This document shows, piece by piece, positions 17,523 through 27,391 of a stretch of 64,000 nt of DNA. Every line of letters begins with the position of its first letter. The stretch's first letter is position 1. The stretch is from an uncultured Candidatus Saccharibacteria bacterium. Lineage in GTDB: Bacteria > Patescibacteriota > Minisyncoccia > Phycocordibacterales > PALSA-1337. A model generated the notes under the pieces. It was not told the DNA's origin and searched no databases. It worked only from the letters and a program-made list of their open reading frames with translations. The position numbers and the translations under genes were made by a program. The stretch is from assembly GCA_964532285.1 (NCBI GenBank), contig CAZHHB010000001.1, positions 77,916 through 141,915 of the forward strand, read 5' to 3'.

Positions 17523-18389
17523 ATGGCGTTCTTCTACCAACGCATAGGAACTGTGGCTATTTTCATAGTATGTTTAATTGCCATTGGAGCCACTGCTTAT
17601 TACAGGCATGGCAATATTACCGTGTCACATGTGTCATTTGAGAATGTTTCAGCAGTCAGTGTAGCAACAACAGATTCAACTGTTTCATCCAGCGACAATG
17701 AAAACTGGAAAAACCAATTTATAGATAGTTCTACTGATTCAACTTTCGTAAAACCCAAGACATCCGCAACTGTAGCAACAAAAGAAGAACCTCTCACAGC
17801 AACCGACATGCTTGGCAGGGAATTCATGACGAAGTATATGCTTATGCAACAGGCGGGTATTGCCAATGACCAAAAATCCATAAATGATGCGGCTAACACC
17901 CTCATCCAGGAAAGCGTATCAAATATCCAACCGCCGAAAACTTTCATTTTGGAAAATATAAATGTTGTAACAAGCAACGATCTCCGAAGCCTGCGAGTTT
18001 ACGCCGAATCACTGACTGGAGTAATAAAAACTTATATTCCCAATACAGACAACAACGAAGTCGTTATTGCGGTGAATGCTCTCGATAAGAACGATATGAG
18101 CATGCTCGCACGCATAGACCCTGTCATTGCAAATTACAGAACCGCTCTAAAAGTTCTCGTATCCATGCCCGTGCCGAGTCCCTTATCGCAACACCATTTG
18201 AATCTACTGAATGGTGTGAATATTGCTCTATTCAACGCTATTTCCTTTAGGGAACTGGACAAAGACCCATTCAAGGGGATGGCGGCGGTAAGTATGGAAG
18301 TCTCAGCACTGACACTTATGGACAACGCTATGAGGTCTATCGAAAATTATCTGAACTTGTCCGGAGTACCTTTCCAATATTCATCATAA
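17523..18389 (+). CDS. membrane-anchored hypothetical protein (first gene of the T4SS-like operon)
   Basis: N-terminal TM helix. Its stop codon overlaps the next start (ATAATG). Confidence 0.4.
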   Translation: MAFFYQRIGTVAIFIVCLIAIGATAYYRHGNITVSHVSFENVSAVSVATTDSTVSSSDNENWKNQFIDSSTDSTFVKPKTSATVATKEEPLTATDMLGREFMTKYMLMQQAGIANDQKSINDAANTLIQESVSNIQPPKTFILENINVVTSNDLRSLRVYAESLTGVIKTYIPNTDNNEVVIAVNALDKNDMSMLARIDPVIANYRTALKVLVSMPVPSPLSQHHLNLLNGVNIALFNAISFRELDKDPFKGMAAVSMEVSALTLMDNAMRSIENYLNLSGVPFQYSS

Positions 18390-20011
18390 TGTTAAATATA
18401 AGCAATAAAAAAATAAGGGTTGTCTGTATGTCCTTGATATTTGCGGTTGTATTTTCCGCCACTGGATTGACATCACTCATTCTCACGCCGAAAACAGCCA
18501 ATGCAGTGGTGGAAAACGCAACATCTGTACCGGTGGGAGGTTTTAGTCTAACGATGGATTATCTGAAAAATTTCAAATTGGATCGCCTGGCAACTATGAT
18601 TGCAAAACAACTCCTACATCAGATGACTATAAGTGTTGTTACATGGATAAACAGCGGCTTCAATGGCAGTCCGGCATTCCTCACCAATCCTCAAGCCTTT
18701 TTCCTAGATTCTGCAGATCAAGTCACCGGTGAATTCTTGGCATCAGGAGGATTGAGTAGTCTATGTTCTCCATTTAGTTTGAATGTCCGTCTCTCTCTGG
18801 CTCTAAGTCAGACATCACTCATGAGTCAGAGGTATCGATGTACTCTGGGTGGTATCGTGGCAAATGCCAATGGGACGATCAATGGTTTCGTATCGGGAGA
18901 TTTCTCTCAAGGAGGATGGCCGGCATTCATCTCTATGACCACCGAACCACAAAACAATCCGTACGGAGCTTTCTTGTATGCACAGTCTGATCTAAATGCC
19001 AGGATATCTGCTAGACACAATGCCATCACTGCTGATTTGCAACTCGGCAAAGGTTTCATGTCGTGGCAGAGTTGTAAAGATGTGACCTCTATCATGGAGG
19101 GTGGGGGGCAAGACATGGGAGATGTTAGTGACACGGCTGGTGGTTCTACCGTAAAGAAAGTCATCGATCCAAAAACCAAAGCGGTGACTTATCAATCATG
19201 TGAAGTATCTACTCCTGGATCTGTGATCGCTGGAACATTGCAGAAAAATCTGGATGTACCGGTGGTGGAGTTGGAATTGGCAAATAGTATAAATGCTGTG
19301 GTAGATGCTTTGATCTCACAGATGCTAAGTCAAATGTTATCCGGAGGTTTAGGTGGTCTAAGTAGTGCTACGGGCGGTCGTGCTTCGTTCACGAACAATC
19401 TACAGCTCGAGCAGACGAAAATATACCAAGAAGAAATAGACAATGCCCAACTACAGACATCAGCCTCGCTTGGACAGATTCTTGGTTCAGTAGATGAATA
19501 CAGAAATACTTACAAACAAGCCGCCTCAGCGGTAAATGCAAGCAAGACCAGACTCCAAACGGCTAGGGCATGTTTCTCAAACAAACTGGCTGCGTCCGAT
19601 GCTTCTAGTAATCCAATAGAGAAACTTAATCCAATCCAGATCGCCAATGGTAGAAATGCGATGTCATCCATAGAAAGCTATATATCTATGAATATAGATC
19701 CTCTATTAGCTAGTTTATCGTCAAAACAAGCGGGGGCAGAGCGTGATATCAGCAGGATCAATGGTCTTCAGGATTTAAACTCCACTCACCTGTATTCATC
19801 AAATGACATTCAAGCCCAATCTATCGCCTATCAAAATGCCATCCAGTCTGCGGCGGAAATCGACCTACAAGTTCAAGAAAAGATTCAAATCGCAAAACAA
19901 GATGTAGCGAATACGACAAACAAGGTCGCAGAATTCAATACCGCAGCAGACCAGTATCAGAGAGACTGCGAAATGTTCACCTATACATCTGGATCGTGGC
20001 AGGGTATTTAA
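18389..20011 (+). CDS. secreted hypothetical protein with a C-terminal coiled coil (T4SS-like operon)
   Basis: Signal peptide, 540 aa, translationally coupled to the flanking genes. Confidence 0.4.
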   Translation: MLNISNKKIRVVCMSLIFAVVFSATGLTSLILTPKTANAVVENATSVPVGGFSLTMDYLKNFKLDRLATMIAKQLLHQMTISVVTWINSGFNGSPAFLTNPQAFFLDSADQVTGEFLASGGLSSLCSPFSLNVRLSLALSQTSLMSQRYRCTLGGIVANANGTINGFVSGDFSQGGWPAFISMTTEPQNNPYGAFLYAQSDLNARISARHNAITADLQLGKGFMSWQSCKDVTSIMEGGGQDMGDVSDTAGGSTVKKVIDPKTKAVTYQSCEVSTPGSVIAGTLQKNLDVPVVELELANSINAVVDALISQMLSQMLSGGLGGLSSATGGRASFTNNLQLEQTKIYQEEIDNAQLQTSASLGQILGSVDEYRNTYKQAASAVNASKTRLQTARACFSNKLAASDASSNPIEKLNPIQIANGRNAMSSIESYISMNIDPLLASLSSKQAGAERDISRINGLQDLNSTHLYSSNDIQAQSIAYQNAIQSAAEIDLQVQEKIQIAKQDVANTTNKVAEFNTAADQYQRDCEMFTYTSGSWQGI

Positions 20012-20017
20012 AACATA

Positions 20018-21895
20018 ATGAGACGATATATCAAACACATTCCAATGATATCACTGCTAATCCTCATCGGATTGGTATTATTCGCACATCCGGCGTTGGC
20101 ACAGAAAGTTCCAGGTGCGGGGAATGATACTGGGTGGGTTGGAGCTCTCTTCGGATTCGATACGGCGTGGGATTTCCTGTCTTACGGGGTGGCATGGATA
20201 GTCAATCTGTGGCTGACGGTAGCCTCATGGTTTGTGGCTCTGACTGGTATTTTACTGAATGTCTCTATCAACATAACTCTGCATATCAAAGATTTCGTAG
20301 ACAGTACACCGGCAATATATGATGTCTGGAGAGCATTACGTGATATCTCCGGTATATTCATAATATTTGCCTTACTCTGGGCGGCCATCCAACTCATCCT
20401 TGGGATAACCAAGCCGAACTTTGGAGGCCTGATAAAAAATATCGTCATCGCTGGAGTACTGATAAATTTCAGTTTCTTCGTAACGGGGATTCTAATAGAT
20501 GCCTCAAATGTTGTATCGCTCACTATCTACAATGCCATATTGCCAAATGCCGCCGCACAATATAACGGCAATACCACAAAGCTTGTTGAGGAATCTTCAA
20601 CTAGTAACAGGGCAAATATTTCCGATATATTCATGGGTTCACTGAAACTTCAGAAGAGCTTTGATACGAAGAACTTAAATATGGGGCAAGCGGCAGGTGG
20701 CGTAAGTGCTCCATTCAAAATAATCCTTTCAGGTTTAACGGGCGTCATCATTATGATTACTGCCGGCTTGAGTTTCTTATTTGCTTCACTGGCTTTCATT
20801 GTGCGACTTGTGCTTCTGCTGGGAATCTTGGCTTTTTCACCTCTATGGTGCGTGGCGTATGTAGTTCCTCAGCTGAGCAAATATAGCACCAAGCTCGCAG
20901 ACACTTTCAAAGGTCAGCTTATGTTCATGCCAGCATATCTGCTCCTCATGTATATTGCCTTGAAGATACTTGATGGTACAAAAGTCTTCAGTAGTCCTGC
21001 TACGGGCAATCTGTGGCAAGGCGCACAAACTACTGGTGTACCAACGGAGTTTATAACTTTCGCCATCAACGCTGCTTTCGTAATCATTATGCTGAATATT
21101 CCATTACTCGCGGCATTAGAGTTGATGGGGAATACTGCATTATGGAAGGGTGTCGGGGCTGGGGCGATATGGAAGGGTGTTGGAAATTGGACAAAGGACC
21201 GCGCATGGAGAGAAACTGGTGGCAGAGCGGCTAGTAAGGTTGCTACGAGCGAGAAATTCAAGGATCTCGCGAGCCGTTATAAGGTCGCAGAATTTGCATT
21301 GAAAGAGACTAGGGGTGTAGCGAAGGGTTATGATGAGAAGTTAGATAAACAGGTTAAATCAAAGACGGAATTCTCTGAATCTCTTGGTCATGATCAGAGA
21401 GCGATGAATGCGGCACAAGCTAGACTAAGGACAGCACAAAGTAACCTAGCTTCCGCAAAAGCTGCTGGTGCTGCGCCAGGTGTCATAACTAATCTCGAAA
21501 ATCAAGTTGGTGCAGCGAAGGGGGGTATAACTACTGTTGAGAATGCACGGAAGCAGTCTTATGCGACAAGAATTGGTACGCGTGGGATTACTGATGTTGA
21601 TACATTGTGGCTGAAGGTAGCTCGTAAGAACAAAGTAGCAGCAGCCAAAGTTCAGATACCTATTCTAGAAAAGCAAATTACTCAAAGAAAGGAAAGTCTA
21701 AAGGAAACAAGAGACGATATTAAACAGCTTACGAATGCTATCAGAAATAATCCTGCTGGAGCTGGGGTGGCTGCCGGAGCACCAACAGCTGCTCAAGCTA
21801 CGCAATTAGCTCAACTCCAAAGAGATGAGGTTAATAAACTTAATACCATTAATGGTCTTGAAGCAAGCATTGACACTCTTAAACTCATAAAATAA
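20018..21895 (+). CDS. TrbL/VirB6-like polytopic membrane protein with a C-terminal coiled-coil tail
   Basis: N-terminal signal/TM segment, at least six hydrophobic helices with the spacing seen in TrbL/VirB6, and an Ala/Gln-rich coiled-coil C-terminus. Confidence 0.5.
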   Translation: MRRYIKHIPMISLLILIGLVLFAHPALAQKVPGAGNDTGWVGALFGFDTAWDFLSYGVAWIVNLWLTVASWFVALTGILLNVSINITLHIKDFVDSTPAIYDVWRALRDISGIFIIFALLWAAIQLILGITKPNFGGLIKNIVIAGVLINFSFFVTGILIDASNVVSLTIYNAILPNAAAQYNGNTTKLVEESSTSNRANISDIFMGSLKLQKSFDTKNLNMGQAAGGVSAPFKIILSGLTGVIIMITAGLSFLFASLAFIVRLVLLLGILAFSPLWCVAYVVPQLSKYSTKLADTFKGQLMFMPAYLLLMYIALKILDGTKVFSSPATGNLWQGAQTTGVPTEFITFAINAAFVIIMLNIPLLAALELMGNTALWKGVGAGAIWKGVGNWTKDRAWRETGGRAASKVATSEKFKDLASRYKVAEFALKETRGVAKGYDEKLDKQVKSKTEFSESLGHDQRAMNAAQARLRTAQSNLASAKAAGAAPGVITNLENQVGAAKGGITTVENARKQSYATRIGTRGITDVDTLWLKVARKNKVAAAKVQIPILEKQITQRKESLKETRDDIKQLTNAIRNNPAGAGVAAGAPTAAQATQLAQLQRDEVNKLNTINGLEASIDTLKLIK

Positions 21896-22830
21896 TGAAC
21901 CACGACTACAACATACTTGAAGAAAAATTTAAACAACTACCTGAAGATATTCAGATAGCTTTAACTTCCACGGAGATATCTAAAGAGATAAAAAACATCG
22001 CCGACAAGAATAACCTTCTCCTAGACCAAGCCGCCATATTATTTGATCTTACAAGTTATGTAATGTTGGGGCTTGTACCTTCAAAAGAATTCGCGAGCAC
22101 TCTCTCCAAAGAAGCAAACATTGATATGGGAAAAGCTATCGCTGTCACCCAAGAAATCAACACTCAAGTTTTCGCCAAGATCCGATCTTCAATGCAAAAC
22201 CTTCAAAGTACTCGTGAAAATGTAGAAACTGAAACGGCGATACCAAATTCATCACCTATCCCAGAAAAGATGCGACCTTCTTCTGGAATAACCCAACAAC
22301 CAACACCACGACCAGTATCTACACCCTGGACACAGAAGCCGACACAGGGACCAGTGCAACCAGATCATTCAGACCTAGAGAAAGCGGGAGATTTCACGAT
22401 TGTATCGAGTGGAGATAATTTCTCTGTACCTCCACCCACACAACAAAGACAAACATTTACACCTGCACCGAAGCCATACATCCCAACGAATCCTTCTATT
22501 ACACCGAAGCCCGCTTACACACCAATACAAACACCGATTGTTCCGAAACCAATAATTCAGACGCCAAAGATGCAACCAACACCTCAAAGTGTACCGCAAC
22601 CATTCGTTCCAAAAACACCAGACGCAACAACCACAACACCAATTAAACCAGAAACAAAGACGGAACCGTTGGCAGATCATTTACTCAACAGTTTCAAGCC
22701 AGTCATACCGAATATTCCACAAAACAAACCCACACAGAACGTTCCGCCGCAAAATATTCCAACCGGTACACCAACACCGAATGTGCCTCCGAAACCACGA
22801 GGACCTGATATGTATAGAGAAATGGTATAA
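21895..22830 (+). CDS. Pro/Thr-rich hypothetical protein
   Basis: Low-complexity PT/PK-rich C-terminal half. The start overlaps the upstream stop. Confidence 0.35.
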   Translation: MNHDYNILEEKFKQLPEDIQIALTSTEISKEIKNIADKNNLLLDQAAILFDLTSYVMLGLVPSKEFASTLSKEANIDMGKAIAVTQEINTQVFAKIRSSMQNLQSTRENVETETAIPNSSPIPEKMRPSSGITQQPTPRPVSTPWTQKPTQGPVQPDHSDLEKAGDFTIVSSGDNFSVPPPTQQRQTFTPAPKPYIPTNPSITPKPAYTPIQTPIVPKPIIQTPKMQPTPQSVPQPFVPKTPDATTTTPIKPETKTEPLADHLLNSFKPVIPNIPQNKPTQNVPPQNIPTGTPTPNVPPKPRGPDMYREMV

Positions 22831-22839
22831 TAACAACAA

Positions 22840-23274
22840 ATGCGATTCCAAGTTCCCCAATTTATAGAGGTAGAGGATAAGATTTTCGGACCAATCTCCT
22901 TGAAGCAATTCATCTATCTCGCTGGCGGGGGAGGACTGTCATTCTTGGTATATCTTTTCCTAGGCAACTTATTCTTCGCAGCCATACCGATCGCTATCAT
23001 CATGGCCATATCTCTAGCTCTGGCTTTCTACAAACTCAACGGCAAACCATTCATCAGTGTTATGGAGTCGGCCTTCAAATATTACCTCGGCAACAAACTC
23101 TATATTTGGAAGAAGCAGGAGAAAACTCCGCCGAAAGATGTTCAAACAGCCGTCAAAGATGTCAAAAATTACGCCTCCATCATGGTTCCGAAAATATCTG
23201 ATAGCAAACTGAAAGATCTGACATGGAGTTTGGATATAAAGGAGAGTGTTTATTCCAACAAGAATCAAAGGTAG
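22840..23274 (+). CDS. PrgI-family (VirB3-like) small membrane protein
   Basis: The N-terminus MRFQVPQFIEVEDKIFGPISLKQFIYLAGGG with two TM helices matches the PrgI family. It lies directly upstream of the VirB4 homologue. Confidence 0.55.
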   Translation: MRFQVPQFIEVEDKIFGPISLKQFIYLAGGGGLSFLVYLFLGNLFFAAIPIAIIMAISLALAFYKLNGKPFISVMESAFKYYLGNKLYIWKKQEKTPPKDVQTAVKDVKNYASIMVPKISDSKLKDLTWSLDIKESVYSNKNQR

Positions 23275-23282
23275 AAAATAAT

Positions 23283-23930
23283 ATGGCCACAACAGCACCA
23301 CAAAAAACAACTCAGGATTTCGTTCCCATCCAAGAAATACGCGATGGGGTAATAATCCTGAAAAATGGAGGAATGCGAGGTATTTTGTTGGCCTCATCAT
23401 TGAATTTTGCCTTGAAATCAGAAAATGAACAGGGTTCTATCCTGATGCAATTCCAAAATTTCTTGAATTCACTAGACTTCTCCATTCAGATCTTCATCCA
23501 ATCAAAAAAGCTAGATATTAGACCGTATACTGCACTTTTGGAAGACCGCTACAGAGAACAACAGAGTGAACTTATGAAGATACAAGTTCGCGAATACATA
23601 GAATTCATAAAGACTTTCGTAGAAAGCACGAACATAATGTCAAAAAGTTTCTTCGTGGTCATACCTTATGATCCCGCTATTCTGAGTGCCGGCAAAAATC
23701 CATTAAACAAGATGTTCCCTGGAAAAAATAAAGGAAAGACCGATACTGAAACCAACGAAAACCAATTCCAAGAATACCGAAGTCAGTTGGAACAACGTAT
23801 GGCGGTAGTAGAACAAGGCCTCGTCCGCTGTGGTATACGCGCCGCTGAGTTGGGAACTGAGGAGGTGGTAGAATTGTATTACAAACTGTTTAATCCTGGG
23901 GAGACGGAGAAGCCGATACAGATAACATAA
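23283..23930 (+). CDS. VirB4/TraC N-terminal-domain-like protein (possible split VirB4)
   Basis: 216 aa immediately upstream of the VirB4 ATPase gene, separated by 1 nt and in a different frame. The two proteins together total about 820 aa, the size of an intact VirB4. Confidence 0.35.
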   Translation: MATTAPQKTTQDFVPIQEIRDGVIILKNGGMRGILLASSLNFALKSENEQGSILMQFQNFLNSLDFSIQIFIQSKKLDIRPYTALLEDRYREQQSELMKIQVREYIEFIKTFVESTNIMSKSFFVVIPYDPAILSAGKNPLNKMFPGKNKGKTDTETNENQFQEYRSQLEQRMAVVEQGLVRCGIRAAELGTEEVVELYYKLFNPGETEKPIQIT

Positions 23931-23931
23931 T

Positions 23932-25746
23932 ATGTCATTCATTTCAAAAATATTCGGTAAAAAAGAACCAGACCAAATAGTTTCCATCCTGCCCGAGGAA
24001 ATCTATCAGGCTGGTGTTTTGGAATTGAAAGATATCATTGCGCCATCGGCTCTCAAGATAAGCCCAAAGGAATTAAATCTGGGAGAAAAAGTTGGTCGTA
24101 CATTCTTCGTAATATCGTATCCGCGCTTCCTAGATGAAAGCTGGTTCGCACCTATCATCAATCTAGACAAAGTATTCAATGTTTCCATATTCATCCATCC
24201 TGTTGATACAGCCAAGATCTTGAAACATTTCCAAAAGAAAGTCGCTGAAGTCCAAAGCCAGATCTCCAGGAGGGAAGAGAAAGGATTGGTGCGCGAACCC
24301 TCACTAGATACGGCCTACCAAGACCTAGAACAGCTTCGCGATCAGCTCATGCAAGCCCAGGAACATCTATTTGATGTTGGTGTATACATCACACTGTTCG
24401 CTGATTCTGATGGCGAACTAGACAAACTGGAGTCAGAGATCAAATCCATCCTTGAGTCAAAACTTGTCTATGTCAAACCAGCTTTATTCCAACAAGAACA
24501 AGGCTTCAAGAGTGTTATCCCGATAGGTGACGACCAGCTCGCCGTCCATTCCAAACTCAATTCTTCACCGCTTTCTTCATTATTCCCATTTGTATCTTTT
24601 GATCTGACATCAGACAAAGGTATTTTGTATGGGATCAACAGACACAACTCTTCTCTAGTTCTGTTTGACCGTTTCTTGTTGGAAAATTACAATTCCGTGA
24701 CATTTGCTGTAGCTGGAGCTGGTAAATCATACTGCACCAAGCTGGAAATATTGCGTACATTGATGTTTGATACTGATGTTATCGTCATTGATCCAGAGAA
24801 AGAATACGAGTACATGGCAGAAGCCACGGGCGGCAAATACTTCAATATATCCCTGAACTCTGAACATCATATCAACCCATTTGATCTACCTATACCACGC
24901 GAAGATGAGTCTGCCAGTGACGTTTTGCGCTCCAATATCATCAATCTTGTTGGATTATTCCGCATCATGTTGGGTGGCTTGAGTCAGGAGGAAGATGCCA
25001 TCATAGATCGCGCCATCACCGAAACTTACGCCTTGAAAGATATCACTCCGGAATCTGATTTTCGTAATGTTGAACCACCACTATTGTCAGACTTTGAATT
25101 GGTCTTGGCTGGCATGGAAGGAGCAGACTCTCTGGTTCAGAGACTTTCCAAATATACCAAGGGCACCTGGGCTGGTTTCATCAACCGTCCATCAAATGTA
25201 GATATAAATAAAAAGTTCGTAGTCTTCTCTCTGCGCGATATGGAAGATGAATTGAAGCCGGTAGCTATGTATATCGTCACTCACTATATATGGAATGCTA
25301 TCCGCAAAAATCTCAAGAAGCGTTTGTTGGTCATTGATGAGGCTTGGTGGATGATGAAATCAGAAGATACGGCTTCATTCTTGTTCAGCCTGGCAAAACG
25401 CGGCCGCAAATACTTCCTTGGACTGGCGACGATCACTCAAGATGTGGATGACTTCTTGAAATCACCTTATGGTCTGCCAATACTTACGAACTCCTCTATT
25501 CAGATTCTGTTGAAACAATCGCCGACAATCATAGACCATATCCAGCAAACATTTAATCTAACAGATGAAGAAAAGTATTTGCTTCTAGAGTCAGATGTAG
25601 GAGAGGGTATGTTCTTCGTAGGACTCAAACATGTGGCCATAAAGATAGTGGCTTCATATACCGAAGACCAAATTATCACCACCAATCCTGCCCAGGTTAT
25701 GCAGATCGCTCAAGCAAAGAAGGATTTGGAAGCAGCGGGCGGGTAA
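23932..25746 (+). CDS. VirB4/TrbE/CagE-family conjugal-transfer-type ATPase
   Basis: Walker A AVAGAGKSY, Walker B LLVIDEAW and the C-terminal RKY..G....TQ motif. Confidence 0.75.
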   Translation: MSFISKIFGKKEPDQIVSILPEEIYQAGVLELKDIIAPSALKISPKELNLGEKVGRTFFVISYPRFLDESWFAPIINLDKVFNVSIFIHPVDTAKILKHFQKKVAEVQSQISRREEKGLVREPSLDTAYQDLEQLRDQLMQAQEHLFDVGVYITLFADSDGELDKLESEIKSILESKLVYVKPALFQQEQGFKSVIPIGDDQLAVHSKLNSSPLSSLFPFVSFDLTSDKGILYGINRHNSSLVLFDRFLLENYNSVTFAVAGAGKSYCTKLEILRTLMFDTDVIVIDPEKEYEYMAEATGGKYFNISLNSEHHINPFDLPIPREDESASDVLRSNIINLVGLFRIMLGGLSQEEDAIIDRAITETYALKDITPESDFRNVEPPLLSDFELVLAGMEGADSLVQRLSKYTKGTWAGFINRPSNVDINKKFVVFSLRDMEDELKPVAMYIVTHYIWNAIRKNLKKRLLVIDEAWWMMKSEDTASFLFSLAKRGRKYFLGLATITQDVDDFLKSPYGLPILTNSSIQILLKQSPTIIDHIQQTFNLTDEEKYLLLESDVGEGMFFVGLKHVAIKIVASYTEDQIITTNPAQVMQIAQAKKDLEAAGG

Positions 25747-25765
25747 AAAGTGCTACAATTTACTC

Positions 25766-26266
25766 ATGGCATCAAAAGGGAATAAAGGAAAAGGAATCAA
25801 ATGGAAATTACTATATGCAATTACCGGCATAATTGACGCTATTCAGTTAATCATTGATTTTACTGGTGTAGGTATACTAATAAGCGAGATTCTAGAAATT
25901 ATCATGCCTTTTGTGCTTATTGGATATCTAAAAATAATCTGCAGGGTTTCTATGATCACCAAACCCATAAGACTTCTGTCTATAGTGGGAGCCACGGGAC
26001 TGGATGCTGTGACCGGTGGAGCCGCTCCTTTTTGGGTATTGGACGTCTGGTATATACATAATGATGTAAAGAAAGAAGACGCCGAATATAATGCCGCCAT
26101 ACAACAAGAAATGATGGTGAAAGAAGTATCCGACAGTATGAATCAAGATGGTGTCAGAACCCCATCTCAAACAGCAAAACCTTTGAATAGTGGGGGAGTT
26201 CGAGCGCCAACTTTCAATTCCAAACCACCTAGGACTAACCCCAGGATTACATCCGTGTTAAAATAA
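25766..26266 (+). CDS. small membrane protein, hypothetical
   Basis: Two or three TM helices. No family recognised. Confidence 0.3.
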   Translation: MASKGNKGKGIKWKLLYAITGIIDAIQLIIDFTGVGILISEILEIIMPFVLIGYLKIICRVSMITKPIRLLSIVGATGLDAVTGGAAPFWVLDVWYIHNDVKKEDAEYNAAIQQEMMVKEVSDSMNQDGVRTPSQTAKPLNSGGVRAPTFNSKPPRTNPRITSVLK

Positions 26267-26270
26267 ACCC

Positions 26271-27386
26271 ATGTCTCGCTCTCACAAACTATTAAATACT
26301 AGCTGTAAATCATTGTGGGGCATAGGCATCTTCGTCTTGGCCCTTACTTTCAACTTTCAATCCTTCGAGTCTAAAGGACTCTCAGGACCTGAACGGCTTT
26401 TAACTTTTAACTCTGTTCGCGCCCAAGGCATCCCCGTTTCGATAGGCGGTTTGGAGCTTTCTGCCTCAACTGACAACCCCGTACCAGGACAAAAAGTTAC
26501 GATTACGGCAAAAAGTTATAGTACAAACATCAACTCTGCCAAGATCTCCTGGACTGTTGCTGGCAAAAGCGTACTTTCGGGAACAGGAGCGACAAAATTG
26601 GAAGTAACAGCTCCTGCTCTTGGCAAGAGATTGACCGTGAATGCTTCCGCAATAACAGCAGAGGGTAGAACCTTAAATAGCTCTATTGCTATAAATTCTG
26701 GTTCTGTAGATATGATAATAGAATCTGATGGTTATGTCCCGACATCTTTCAGGGGTAAACTGAGTCCTGTCTACCAAAATCTCGTAACCATAACAGCGAT
26801 ACCGCATTTGGCGAATTCTTCGGGTGTGGAATATGATCCGAAGACCCTCGTGTATAACTGGAAGAAAAATAGCCAAGTCATCCAGGATCAAAGCGGATAT
26901 GGTAAGCAATCTATCACTTTGGCAGGGGATATTGTTCCGAGAGCATACACGCTGACTGTTACAGTAGGAACTCGCGATGGCAGTGCACAAGCGGTAGGTA
27001 TGGCTTCGGTTTCATTTAATGAACCTTCAATATCTTTCTATGTAGATGATCCACTGTATGGTCCGCTTTTCAATAGAACTATACTGGATTCTCTCCGCAT
27101 TGGTTCCAAAAACGAGACGAGTGTTCTCATGGTTCCGTTTGGCTACAACAAACCGTTTGATAGTATCGGCAGTTTGTCATTGTTATGGAAGATAAACGGT
27201 GTGGAACATGCAGAATTAGCAGAAAATGAATCAATTGTTCTCCGTGCACCAGAAGGATCTGCTGGGGCTTCGGCTATAGAGTTGGAGATTAGAAATTTGA
27301 GAGACATATTGCAAGGGGGTAGCAATGGGTTCAACGCCATATTCAGTGCCAACAGTTCATCCTCAACAGATTCAGTAACCTTTTAA
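26271..27386 (+). CDS. secreted hypothetical protein
   Basis: Signal peptide and a repetitive beta-rich composition. Confidence 0.35.
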   Translation: MSRSHKLLNTSCKSLWGIGIFVLALTFNFQSFESKGLSGPERLLTFNSVRAQGIPVSIGGLELSASTDNPVPGQKVTITAKSYSTNINSAKISWTVAGKSVLSGTGATKLEVTAPALGKRLTVNASAITAEGRTLNSSIAINSGSVDMIIESDGYVPTSFRGKLSPVYQNLVTITAIPHLANSSGVEYDPKTLVYNWKKNSQVIQDQSGYGKQSITLAGDIVPRAYTLTVTVGTRDGSAQAVGMASVSFNEPSISFYVDDPLYGPLFNRTILDSLRIGSKNETSVLMVPFGYNKPFDSIGSLSLLWKINGVEHAELAENESIVLRAPEGSAGASAIELEIRNLRDILQGGSNGFNAIFSANSSSSTDSVTF

Positions 27387-27391
27387 ATCAT

